Origin: Asterias rubens
Lineage: Eukaryota
DNA length: 64,000 nucleotides
Reading direction: 5' to 3'
NCBI RefSeq assembly: GCF_902459465.1
Contig: NC_047075.1
Coordinates: 12,214,001 to 12,278,000, forward strand
Under the pieces are notes generated by a model that saw only the letters and a list, made by a program, of their open reading frames with translations, did not search any database and was not told where the DNA came from. The translations under genes were made by a program, and so were the position numbers. Below are positions 40,601-50,950 of this stretch, one piece after another (positions within the stretch are counted from its first letter, which is position 1; the number at the start of each line of letters is the position of its first letter).

Positions 40601-41812
40601 ACAAAGTCCTAAATCCAACGAATTCTGCGAGAACACCTTATCATGTTTCTGAATTAATTGCACAATTTTGTCCTGGTCTTCCTTACACAAATCAGCGCAT
40701 AAATCAAGACTTAATCCATAAGGAAGTTGGTACTCTGACCCATCCTCAAACACATACAACTCTCTTGCCCGTGACTCTACAGCATCCCCCATCTCAATGT
40801 CTAACTCATTGGAATCGACACCAGGGGCTCCCTCAGTACGACCAGTGTCTAAATATTCCCCAGACTCTGACAGACAATGATTCACTACAACATGAACACA
40901 ATCCACACCCGTCTCAAGTGCAACATTTGTCTTTGAGGATACCTCAGTCACGTAAGCAAGCTTTGTGTGTGGGGACAATTCAATCACCCGCATCCCTACA
41001 TTCGCTACCAACACATTTACAGTTCTACCACTAACTACTGTACACAGATCGTAAACGCGGCAATTTCCATCTATGTTACTGGTTTGACCTCCACTATCTG
41101 CACAGCTAGATAGACCCTCAACAAGGACAGTTTGCCCGTCAAGGCTACTTTGATTAGCCTGAACATAGCAGGTTATACTACGCACTTCCCTAGGCAACAA
41201 ATGTACTGGATTTCTACCTGTACGAGCACCCAGTGGGTCCCGTACACACTTATTTGCCCCATGTGACCCCTCAACTACTGGGTTTTTAGTCAGACTATAC
41301 CAATTAATGGCCATTGTCCATGCATCTGCATCTTTTTGTTCTAAATCAACCTCTATATCCTTCAGCTTATGAAGGACATTGCAACCCAACAATACTGGAA
41401 AACTTTTATGATTCCCTGCCTCACCCTTAGGAAATTCTTTGACCACCAAAAAATGTGCATCAATAGTCTGGTTATGTACCATCAGTGGGGCATGTATGTA
41501 CCCCTCAATTGGTACCTCACTATTCCCTGCCCCAAACACACGCAGGTAAGTACCTAGAGTTTTGACTCCACTCAATTTCCCTGCAAGGTGATCCCTATAA
41601 AAAGAGGCGCTAATCAGAGAAGTCTCTGCCCCGGTATCGAGGATACATTCCACTGGCACTCCAGCCAAAGCAATATGAGCCTTGGGGCTCTCTTTTACTA
41701 GACTGGTTAGTATGTCTTCATAAGACTTCTCTGTTAAACTTCCAACTGGTGAGGCCTTTCCAGATTGTTCCTCTGTCACTCGGCCTACAGTGGCAGAGAA
41801 GTCTGGTTTCCC
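37625..41812 (-). CDS. pol: Gypsy pol polyprotein (protease, RT, RNase H with an in-frame deletion, integrase), in the -1 frame relative to gag
   Basis: LDTGA protease; YLDD RT; IDASLQG|KRHPVAFASR RNase H lacking the usual LGAVL.Q strand; HHCC zinc finger; IDF...HSDQG...GNAQTERFNRTL integrase. Confidence 0.95.
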   Translation of the reverse strand, partial: GKPDFSATVGRVTEEQSGKASPVGSLTEKSYEDILTSLVKESPKAHIALAGVPVECILDTGAETSLISASFYRDHLAGKLSGVKTLGTYLRVFGAGNSEVPIEGYIHAPLMVHNQTIDAHFLVVKEFPKGEAGNHKSFPVLLGCNVLHKLKDIEVDLEQKDADAWTMAINWYSLTKNPVVEGSHGANKCVRDPLGARTGRNPVHLLPREVRSITCYVQANQSSLDGQTVLVEGLSSCADSGGQTSNIDGNCRVYDLCTVVSGRTVNVLVANVGMRVIELSPHTKLAYVTEVSSKTNVALETGVDCVHVVVNHCLSESGEYLDTGRTEGAPGVDSNELDIEMGDAVESRARELYVFEDGSEYQLPYGLSLDLCADLCKEDQDKIVQLIQKHDKVFSQNSLDLGLCDKVPHKIDTTDDKSISQPYRRIPPQHFREVRELLQKFLDQGIIQKSKSPYASPIVLVQKKDGSLRICVDYRRLNAKTVRDSFPLPRIEESLEALQGARYFSSLDLAHGYHQVVMDSESISKTAFRVPFGLFEYTRMPFGLVNAPGTFQRVMEMCLGDLNLSELLIYLDDILVYSSTVQEHIDRLDRVFTRLADFGLKIKGAKCKLFRRHVSYLGHVVGPEGVAVDNDKIKRIEDWPIPKTGAQLRSFLGLAGYYRRFVPGFSKIAAPLHALVPSLAKGNSRSKPSPFCWSSEAQVAFDTLKQTLTQAPVLAYPDFSRPFVLEIDASLQGKRHPVAFASRGLRGAEARYPDFSSFKLELLSLKWAVVDKFRDYLLGVPFTVLTDNNPLSYLQTAKLGACEMRWIAQLAAFTFDVKFRSGASNRVADALSRNPSHSLTGEVEEILQCKVHSTVVPLQHIEVHKVLTSHDTKAGPPQVKCQSGIFPSWTPEQLSALQRADPVLKCIWERWDQGWKPNEVFQAEREEPVEIKSWLWQWPRFIEKDGVLHRRVMDPLHGELDQVLMPTSLQQRVLEGCHDGWGHQGVVRTCALLRRRVFWPKMAGSVRRHIGHCEQCVISKASEPQAKVPMRHLLAFRPLEVLAIDFVKIDRGAGGYEDVLVMTDIYTKFVQAYPCKDQHAVTVAKVLRNQWFSKYGIPCRLHSDQGRNFEGEVVRELCALYGMKKTRTTPYHPEGNAQTERFNRTLFGLIKSMDERDRRRWPDLLQHLVFVYNATPHCTTGVAPYLLMFGREPLIPLDQMLGRTDNDWDQDFVREQSSLLSRASELVKERVAKSCNRNKATYDRKVKPSKPIEIGSHVLLRKCAFKGRHKLADKFERDPYVVVWINEHSDVFRIRPLKGGPERVVNRKLLRLDPFAESDTENESDESDGDSDWEVLHTEPSGDQSLVQDLQGVSNVEVGEPPSLHCPASEHLRSSQRTTRGKHSNPFRLPCSAIK

Positions 41813-42893
41813 GACCCTGTGTTTTGTGCATCTCCCATAGCCTGCCCTTGCCCCCCATTCGCTTTTTCGTGAGCCATACGAAGTTTACACTCATGCTTCA
41901 TGTGACCTGGGCGTTTACAATAAAAACAGCGAATCGGGGGCCTGTCCTGCCGCCTTCCTGAGCCTTCATACATGCCCTGGCTAGTTACCGTCCCACTTTG
42001 TTTCACCACTGCTTGCATAAGCGTAGTTATCTGTTCCTGCTGTTTGCAAAGAGTTTCTTGCTGTGTTTGCATACATTTAAGAATCTCTTGTTGTTGTTGC
42101 AACACTGTTTGCAACTGTGTGTCCCCTTGGGACTTGTTAACTACTTGGTTAATGCTAACATTAGCATCAGCCACTGGCTCGTCACTATTCAGATCATTTT
42201 CTGTACCTAGGTGATGCAAGTGCACACTTGCACCACGTCGAGAACCCCGAGGGTACTCCTCTAGATCTCTGAACAACTCGCGAGCTGAATCCCTCATTTC
42301 GGTAAAATCCTGATCCGGTTCAGCCAACTCTAAGCGCCTCAGCTCAAGCCTGACACCTTGATTCCTTGCGCCCGCCACAAACTGCCCAATCAAAACCCTA
42401 TCTCTCAAACCCTTCAATGCATCTTTCTCTGTTTCTGTAGCAACCTCTAAAATCCGATCATGCATTCGCATGAGCGAGCGGGAAAAATCCATAAGGGATT
42501 CGTCTTCCCTTTGCCGTCTTTCAAAAAGGGCCTTCTGAAGGGCCTGTACTGACTCCTCTGCCCCAAACTGACGCCGAAGGAGTTTTTTTAGCGCTGCATA
42601 GTCACCCGTTACATTCTCATTGTGGCATTTGATCTCATCGCGAGCAACACCCCCGCGAGGTGGTGGACAACCACTTTAGCCCTATCTACCTCAGGGATAC
42701 GACATTGTTGCAGATAAACCTCTGCATCTTCAAGCCATTCAATAATGGTCGGATCTCCCGGTTTACTAGGCCTACCATAGTATTTACCCAACTTCAAGGG
42801 CCTCTGAATGACATTCTTCGGTTTATCTTGCCGAAGTGCCTCGGTCAGCCCTGCGACCAAGCGCGTCACAAGATCAGCCTCTGGTACGGCCAT
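41785..42893 (-). CDS. gag: Gypsy gag (PNMA/Arc-like capsid region plus CCHC knuckle), broken by a 1-nt indel in a G-run at 42650-42654
   Basis: Adding one G joins HLAG to GVARDEIKC...QFG...RRQREDESLMDFSR; zinc knuckle CFYCKRPGHMKHEC. Confidence 0.9.
41806..41812 (-). promoter_or_regulatory. Candidate -1 ribosomal frameshift site G GGA AAC at the gag/pol overlap
   Basis: X XXY YYZ heptamer in the gag frame (TCG GGA AAC), 6 codons before the gag stop; a -1 shift enters the open pol frame (GKPDFSATVGRVTE). Confidence 0.75.
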
Positions 42894-43378
42894 TGTGAGT
42901 CAAGAAATTATGATTCAGTTATTGAAGGCTAACCAATTTGTACAATCAAAATTAAGTCATAAACACCTAAACCCAGGTAAATTTGCTTCAACAGGACCGG
43001 TTGGTTTTCACTAGGAATAAAACTAACACCTATACATTATCAGGTAAAATTTACTGACTAACAAACTATATATAGGCCTATCTAAATCCTACCAACAATG
43101 TGCGAATTGAATCGCATAATCCCACCTCACTGCTGATCAACCAGTTCAGTCCAGTTCAGTTCAGAGTCATTAGATTTCACATGTACATGCACATGTAAAG
43201 GTTGAGTTCGTAGCTCCAAAAGGGTCCAACAGCACTACCGCCACCGGGCTTCTCCACTTGCACTGCCACAGGCTATTCCAGTCGCTGTCCTCCACTTGGA
43301 TCCTCACTCCCTCTTCAGAACTCGGCCAATGCCCTCAATGTACTGGACGACAACCAGCAAAGCAGCAGATTAAAGCAA

Positions 43379-43395
43379 CCCCATCCGTGTTACCA
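43379..43395 (-). promoter_or_regulatory. Primer-binding site TGGTAACACGGATGGGG, tRNA-Leu-like by recall
   Basis: Starts with TGG 4 nt after the 5' LTR; tRNA identity not verified. Confidence 0.75.
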
Positions 43396-43399
43396 AATT

Positions 43400-44249
43400 T
43401 GTAGTGTTTTGTTATCAGTCCGGAGACAATTAAGGAAGGCCTGACACCTTGTTTTTGGGTTGCTCACTGATACGTTACTCTGCTGACAGATTTATTCACC
43501 ATCCGAAGAAAACCTATTACAAACATAGATCCATAAATCTAATTAATTATCATGCATGTAACGACTAATATTTAAGATTACTTTTCCACAAGTAGCCTTC
43601 CACCTCAGTTACACTAAACAAGTCTACATAACACTTAATTATAGGCCGGATACATATCCATACAACGTGAACTTCAGATCATGTGCTGTATATTGATCAA
43701 CCATTGTTACCCAGTTTCACCCAAATTAACCCTCTAAATTTCTACTCACCAACCGATCCGTTCCTCTATTTATTGGCAATCAAACTGGCTCCATGAGCGG
43801 GTCTCTCCAACTTCTTCCTCCACCCCGAATGTTGGATTTTACCCTCTCATCATTGTCATACGTGACACTCATTTAGAGACCAACAACGAAAAAGGACGCA
43901 ACAAATAGACCCCTCCGCCTAAACCGGCTAAAATTACTACGCTACACACTGATTAATTACCAAACTCACCTATAATGAGCTGAATATTGAAAATAGCATA
44001 GTGAATATTTGTAATAATGTGTACAATTACATTACATACAAGAATAAAGACGAGATTGAGACCCAAATTCTTTCTCAGATAAAATAATCCAAAAAGTTAT
44101 GCCTTTTTACATCCTTGACATTTGTATCCGTGCGACTACCGTTTAAGTACAATGGCGCCCTCTATCGTTTACCAAAGTCATTCAACAAACTTTTTATCAC
44201 CGTGATTAACGAAATGCCCATGGGTATCATAAAATATTGATTCATCACA
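43400..44249 (-). repeat. 5' LTR (850 bp)
   Basis: Near-identical to 35673-36522. Confidence 0.95.
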
Positions 44250-44737
44250 CAATAAAATCAGGGGGAGATTGCCACCCGATTCGCTTATACCCCCCTGATG
44301 CTCTTTGAGCACCGACAGGATTAGTCTTGGGCCATGACGATACTTTCGCAGATATACTGTCATACGAACGTCGGCCACGTAACCAGTTAAAAATCAAATA
44401 TACTTATGGCCAACTGTTGTTGGAATCTGCGAGGTTCTTGTAACAAGACTAACGGTGGGCACTTACCCCCATTTTCATTCTGCTCACCCGGATGCGTATT
44501 TTCGTTCCAGGAAGATAATGGGTAATTATTTTAGCACTTTCATCCTGGGAAAAACCTGCGAGCGGGAATGACTTCGTTGGTACCCACCATTATACTTGAA
44601 TGAACAAACTCAACATGACGGTCACCAGTGTTTGCTTTTGATCGATCCAAAGAAAGACGGAGTGCATTTGCGTGCAAACACGTCAGCTCCTAGCCTGGTT
44701 TCCATAAGTCTAAAGTTTGTGTCCTCAACCAAGGAAA

Positions 44738-44920
44738 ATGTCGCAAAAACGTTCGTTACAGAAATTTCGGGTGGACTATTCGAAGAAGTACCCAGGAATT
44801 GTTGCTTCTAAGCTTCGAGTCCACCATGCATTTTGTGCAGTATGCCGTGCTGACCTCAGCATTGTCCATGGAGGAATTTATGATGTAAAGAAGCATGTGG
44901 ACAGTAAGAAGCATACCTTT
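44738..44920 (+). pseudogene. N-terminus (BED-like zinc finger) of a hAT transposase, truncated
   Basis: MSQKRSLQKFR...AFCAVCRADLSIVHGGIYDVKKHVDSKKH. Confidence 0.7.
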
Positions 44921-45419
44921 CACAGGGATGAGATTCTTTCACTTTTTGGCGGAATTCCGACTTTCCGAATTTGAAAAAGCGTTTTTTTTCTTTCAGTTCC
45001 GACTTTTTTAAAATCTCCGACTTTGGCAAATTAATTGTTCTGAACCTTTCACTTTCCAACATTAAAATTAACAATAGATGTAATTTTTTTAGATACTTGC
45101 TATCAGGATCTGAAGTGCTCTCGTTCATTTCAGAATACTCGTACAATCATTGAAAACACGATGCACAAACCACGTTTACAGAGTATCTACCCACAGTCGC
45201 CCGCTACATAATACTCCATGCAGTAGGCACAGCATATTGAACAACACATACAGTCGTCCAAAGTCTATTCTGACCAACATTCCCCACGCTGTGATTGGCC
45301 ATTGATGGCTGTTGATAATTCCATATTCATGACCTTCTTCACTGGACTTCAATGCAGTACACATTCACGAACGGAGTAAAGAATTGCCGCACGTTGTGCG
45401 GTTATGCTTAGCCTGTAGG

Positions 45420-48400
45420 CTATGCACAATGTACAGCCTTGGAGGATAATAGCATGGACAACTTTTGCCAGCAGAGGGCGTTACGGGGCAACAGTTCATT
45501 GAAATATTTATCGATGTGCGTTGTTGACTGATCTGTTGCCATTACACCTGTTACTCTTGGAGATATTTGTGGTGGTCTCCTTACAAAGTTATCTAGAAAC
45601 ATTGTATATTCTATAATAAAGTCTGTACTAATATTATATTGTTCTGGATGTCTTGGTTTGTGTTGTGTTCTTATTAAAATCAACGGCAACGGTTTATGAG
45701 AAAATGTTGGAGATCCGGTTCCGTCGAATTGATCTGTTGAATTCTGTCCTCTGAAGTTTAACATTGCTTCGTCTATTTCATTGTATTTTTATGTGTCATC
45801 TTGTACGGTTGTGTATACTTGAAAAGTTTGTTGTGCTTTATTGGCGGGACTTGGTATTGTCCCACTTTTATAGTTATATGCTCTATAGTTGTCTCCCACT
45901 TGTGTTAGTCGTTCTCTTGCACAGTGGTCAAAGTTTGCAGATGTTTCATTCTTCCAGTAGTTTCCTTGTTGATCTTGTAATCCGAAACAGCTTAGTGGAT
46001 CTGTTTTATCTGCTTGTAGCACTTGTTCTGTTCTTAGTGCCGTCTCACTTGCTATTCCTATTACTGATGTTCCATAGTTTGTTATTGTGTTGTCTACTCC
46101 AATTGTTGCATTTGTATATTGATATTTTGCATTGTCTATATCTCTGCATTGATCTCCTCCGAATATAATCTTTTGTCCCATTGGAATTGTATGTTCCCAT
46201 GTTTCTCCACTTGCTTTTCTTTCAAATGATCCGTAGTCTCTCCAATTTATTTCGTCGTCGCATCCCATAAAAGTGGTCGCTATTACTTGTTTGTTCCAGT
46301 CCATCTATATTTATTACACTTCTCATTGATTCTTCCATTTGTGCTGATATTGGGAAGTGTACCGTTCTTTTTTTGCAAAAAATAGTTAATGGCCTGACGT
46401 TTCGACCCTAGCAGAGTCTTTCTCGAAGGCTAAATGACAACACAACAAACATGAACAGGTAACTAAGTGAAACATAAGCAGTGAAGTGGAAATACATGAA
46501 TGGGGTTAGAAAGCATACATAAAACAGCAGGGGGTAAACAATGAATAGGGGGACAAAAAAGGGGGGGTGAAGGGAAGGGACTGGCTTGACCACAAGCAAG
46601 AATATGGAAACACAAAGGACAACATCAAGGGTGGTGAGGTTGGGTAAAAAGTAATTTATTAGTGAATGAGGCTCAGGCTAAAAGGCTATGGGGAAAAAAA
46701 AAAAAAAAAAGGGGAGACGGAAAAACAAAAGGTATATTACTCGTTTCCTTCTTGGATGTTCAGACCATGGGGTTGAATGGTCTGGAGGCGTCTAATCCAG
46801 AGTTTCTCCCTACTCAAACGCACAGTCTCTCTGTGGTTGCCTAGTGCCTCTATGCCCTGTAAGATCATGTCAGAAATGGAGTGATTAGGAAGATTGAAGT
46901 GATGACCTACAGGTGTATCTAGCTTTTGGGTCTTGACTGTAGATCTGTGGCCATAGAAACGCCTCTTGAGTGTAGTTCTTGTTTCACCTATATATTGAAC
47001 ACCACAGACTCTGCAAGATATGAGATAAATGAGATTAGTGGTGGTGCAGGTGACATGACCCCTTGTCTTATGGGTGGTACCGCCGGTGTTACTGGTGAAG
47101 GAGTCCGATTCCCTGATGTGTTGTCTACAGACGATGCATTTGGAGATGTTGGAACACCTAAAAGTTCCCTGCGGTAGAGGCGGATTAACATCATCATTAA
47201 TGGGAGGGACTTCTGCTCGGACAATGAGATCCCTGAGACTTGGTGGGCGTCTGTAGGCAACTATGGGTTCTTCCTGCACAGCACGTTGAAGTCGATCTGA
47301 TGTGTGAAGAATATGATGGTTAGAACTGGTTATTTTACGAATGGGAGGAAGTGAGGGGTGGAAAGTGACAACAAAAGGAACTTTCCCCGTAGGACTCTGT
47401 TGTTTCTTGGGTTCTTTTTTTGGTAATGTTTTTACATCATCTTCTAATGGATAATGTATTGTGTACCCTTTATTAAGTGATATTTCCATTGGTTTTATTT
47501 TAAATGCTCCACTCTTATCTACGAATAATTCAACTCTTACATCAGTACTTGTTGCTATTTCTAAAGTATTTACATCTCTACCTGGTTTATGTATATATTG
47601 TCTTAAATTCTTTAATTTTATTTTTAATCCTTTTATTTCACAGCAGTCGTATAATGTTGCAATTTCTTGCCATACATTTGGATCCATATATTGTTGAAAT
47701 TGATCTATACCAATTATATGCCACCCCCTTCATAAGTAAATTGAGCAAAATCTGCTGGTTTTGCTGTGGTTGATGGACATGGTATATTTATTTGTTTTAA
47801 CCCTGGGTTTTTATTTTCATCAATTGAATGACTAAATTCTTTCTTAAATACTTGTGGTCCACTATGAACTTTAAGTTGTTGTGGTCTATTTTTTAAACTT
47901 TCTTGATAACTGTCTGGAAATTTAAATTTCCTAATGCACCACCACCACCCCCTCCTGCGCCCCCATCGGCGCTTCTTGCTGCTCTACCCGCATCTGTTTC
48001 ATCTTCCCCATCTACTTCCATTGTTCCTTCTTTGTCGTGTTCCCCGTTATTATTGTTATGTTCTAATGCGTCTTCAAATGTTTCTTCGTCACTATCCTCT
48101 TTATTATTTTTTTCTGGAGGTTCGTAACTCTCTTCGTCACTGTCTAAATCTAAATCGTCGTCACTGTCTGCATCTGAAAAGGAGTCATAAGGGGATTACG
48201 AGATGGAGTCATTATCAATTGGGTCGGAATCATTTTGTTCAGGTGCTGGTATTTCTTTATTTTTCTCTTCAGCTATATCTGTTTTTTTCTTCTTCTTGTA
48301 TATCTCTACCAATACGTTCTAAATTATCTACACTAAAATGTTCAATTGGGATATTATTTACTGGTACACTTTGTAAAGCTTCAATATTCCTGACAGTTTT

Positions 48401-48949
48401 CCCTTCTCTTTGGGCTTGTAAAGCCTTATCTCTATTAATATTGGTTTTATATATAATTATTAACTCTTCGCATCATCAGATATCCTGCTCGACTTTTTTC
48501 GTTATTTTGTTGTGATGTTTTACCTAAATAATTTTTATATCCCACTGTGTGTAAATTCTTTTTTGCTTTTTGTTGCTACTTCTGTAAAGTCTATCCCAAA
48601 TTGTCTTCCCAATTGGGCTGCTGCTACTCCAATTATTCCCAATGTTCCTGACCATGGATTATCTCCTCTTGTAAATTGTTCCCCTATAAATTCTTGATCT
48701 GCTTATGTTCTATCCCCCCTTCTGCGTAATGCCTGTCATGATCTCTGGCGATGCGATCAGTTTCGTCTACGGGTTTATTATTATTTAAATTAGTTTCACC
48801 TGTTCTTGGACCTACGAAATTACTAGTTGGTACATGTAATTTATCATTAAAAAATCTCCAAAACTTATTTCGTCATCTATTTTAGTAAATTTGGTGTTGA
48901 TGTTAGAATTAGGCGGTGCATCTGCTGGTCTTTTCCCCCCTTTTGGCAT
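45420..48949 (-). pseudogene. VP1: Endogenous parvoviral element 2: VP1/VP capsid gene with PLA2 and Gly-rich region; frameshifted and interrupted by Penelope
   Basis: ATG 48949; NFVGP (48821-48807) and PVDETDRIARDHDRHY (HDRHY at 48740-48726) then ADQEFI, a parvoviral PLA2; acidic region; DGGAGGGGGGALG (~47967-47930); GWHIIGIDQFQQYMDPNVWQEIATLY...LKIKLKNL; continues at 46304-45420. Confidence 0.85.
46376..47410 (-). mobile_element. 5'-truncated Penelope-like retroelement (GIY-YIG endonuclease plus 3' pLTR-like tail) inserted into the viral capsid gene, 12-bp TSD
   Basis: VPFVVTFHPSLP...PIVAYRRPPSLRDLIV...NLIYLISC..CGVQYIGET...RF..H...REKLWIRRLQTIQPHGLN. TSD GTTCTTTTTTTG at 46364-46375 and 47411-47422. 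Confidence 0.92.
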
Positions 48950-48985
48950 TTTTGTCCCTGTACATGTATATACAATAGACACATA

Positions 48986-49306
48986 TTATTTATTATTATT
49001 TCTTATTTGTACTCGGATTTCATTTTCTTTTATACTTTTACCTTGATCTTTATGCATTGCCTTCAATTGTAACACCACACTCACCATATCTCTAAAATTA
49101 TCATTACTTACAAAATCAATTAACCAATCCTTCTTTCTATTGTTGTAAGCATTTAATCCATATTTGAAAAAGTCTTCCCAAAAGTCTTTTTCTGTTTTGC
49201 TTGGTGAAACTCTTGATTCATATTGCACATTTAATGTGTACAAGTCATATTCAAGTATTTGACCGGTTTCCCCATTATGTAGCTTTTGTTGGCTTCTTGT
49301 CCTCAT
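48986..49306 (-). CDS. 106-aa middle ORF between NS1 and VP1 (putative NP-like viral accessory protein)
   Basis: ATG 3 nt after the NS1 stop; its stop is 36 nt before the VP1 ATG; uninterrupted; no motif recognised. Confidence 0.6.
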   Translation of the reverse strand: MRTRSQQKLHNGETGQILEYDLYTLNVQYESRVSPSKTEKDFWEDFFKYGLNAYNNRKKDWLIDFVSNDNFRDMVSVVLQLKAMHKDQGKSIKENEIRVQIRNNNK

Positions 49307-49309
49307 ACT

Positions 49310-50910
49310 TTATGCTTCTGATGGATTGTCCTCCTTGACTAGTTGGATATCTCCTAAGATCGCCTCTTGTGTTTCCTTATCTATTGATGCTAGTAAGGAC
49401 TCTAGTTCTGGATCCGTTTCCTTCTGAAAAATATCGACGGAATCAATAAATTCTTTAAAGTCATTATCGATTTCCATCTGTTCTGGTTTTGGCTTGAAGT
49501 CCTCATTGATTATATCATCGGGGACATATTCGCCAAGATTTGGAACACCTGGTGTGTGTTGCAAGTCTTGAACTGTGTCTTGTCTTCGCAACTCGAAGAA
49601 CGGGATAGTATCTTTGTCATCTATGAGTGGGTACATGCCACTGATTTGGCTACTGTCACTCTCATAGCTAGTTTGTGGTTCGTCATGAGTATAACGCATC
49701 CGTTTTGGGAATGGTGTGTCCAGAATTTCGTATACCTCAGGTTCTTCATCCTGGGCTTGTCTCGTACGCTTACATGTGTGATTTTTACACGTACTTTTAT
49801 CGTGGGCATCGACTTCTAAGATGTGCTTCCAGTGAGCCGATGCCTCCATTCTTGTGAATTTCTGATTCCCTACATTTGTTTTATCCATGACATCTTTGAT
49901 GAGGGCTCCCATCAGAATTTTCCCTCTCCCTGTGTAATCGAAGTCTTTGATACCTACTGTGCAAACAATAAGGTCGACCATATTATTTATATGTTGATGG
50001 ATGGCGTGCTCTTGATACTTGTCTTGGACTTTGGCAACCCCCTTGATTAGTTTCGAATAACACCCTGGGTGCAAGTCGGCTGACTTGTCTCCCCAGGGTA
50101 GTGTTTCCCATTCTATTTTGTTCCATTTATGAAGTTTGCACCTGTTCATCAAAGCGTCTCGGTTTAGTGAATTTATGACGTGTTTGAAGGGGTGTTGGTT
50201 AGTAGTTATTATACATGGCACTCTACCAATTATTGCCGCCCCTGCAAATTTCACTGCAATTTCAGCGTTTTCCCCACCAAGTAGTTCTTTCATTTTCTCT
50301 GACATCTGATCAGTGATTACAAGTTCATTGAAAAGGGTCCACCTTTTCCCTTTCATGGACATGAACTGGAATACATTTGCATCAGTCTGTCCTCCCCCGC
50401 CAATGATTGCGTGGTTTTGGCACGCTCTCTGAATTGGTCTCATAATCCACGACTAATTCCCAGCATTACTGGGTCCGTGGATGCACAACGAATTTTTCTT
50501 TTTGTTGGTTGTTGCCTTATTGAACACATTATGAATTTCATCTAACCATGTGTCCCTATCTTCAGAATGTATTTTGAGGAATTCATTCATTGCAGTGATG
50601 GACTCCTCTTTACTCATGATCTGAGTGCTTGTTGTTTCGTCGTACTGTGCATTGGTACCGTATCGATTTTGATACGTCTCAATATACTCATTGAGAGACT
50701 TTGCGTACTCTACACTCTTATAGTGTTTGGCCGCATTTTCCCAGATGCTTTTTGCAATTTGAGGATTAATAGTTGCTCTGTGTAGCAGGATTTGGTCAGT
50801 GTCTTCCATTTTACTCATATGTTTCTTAAGTTCGGGGACGTTGTCTAGTGACGTCTCCCCATACCTACACGTAACACGGTAAAATAAATTAAACCTATGC
50901 TCTGATACTG
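49310..50910 (-). pseudogene. NS1: EVE2 NS1 C-terminal half: SF3 helicase, Cys/His cluster and acidic tail; a single in-frame stop inside Walker A
   Basis: KKNSLCIHGPSNAG(N*)SWIMRP Walker A; RWTLFNE Walker B; MKELLGGE...VKF; CIITTN motif C. ORFs 50818-50453 and 50443-49310 share a frame. Confidence 0.9.
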
Positions 50911-50950
50911 ACTCTTTACGCCCTGTTTCATATTTGATCCCATCTTCAGC

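Larger units (their letters stand above)
35673..44249 (-). mobile_element. Full-length Ty3/Gypsy LTR retrotransposon (8577 bp), 4-bp TSD CAAT, very recent insertion
   Basis: Two 850-bp LTRs with TG...CA ends; CAAT at 35669-35672 and 44250-44253. PBS, PPT, gag and pol (PR-RT-RH-IN order) are present, plus an extra ORF. Confidence 0.97.

Noticed and set aside
45764-48515. Leu-rich plus-strand ORFs (45764-46168, 47934-48515) as an ambisense viral gene
   Set aside because: They are antisense shadows of the A/G-rich capsid coding strand; all viral motifs are on the minus strand.
45420-50910. Exogenous virus contig or contamination
   Set aside because: It has many frameshifts, a Penelope insertion with a 12-bp TSD, TE sequence on both flanks, and no terminal hairpins.
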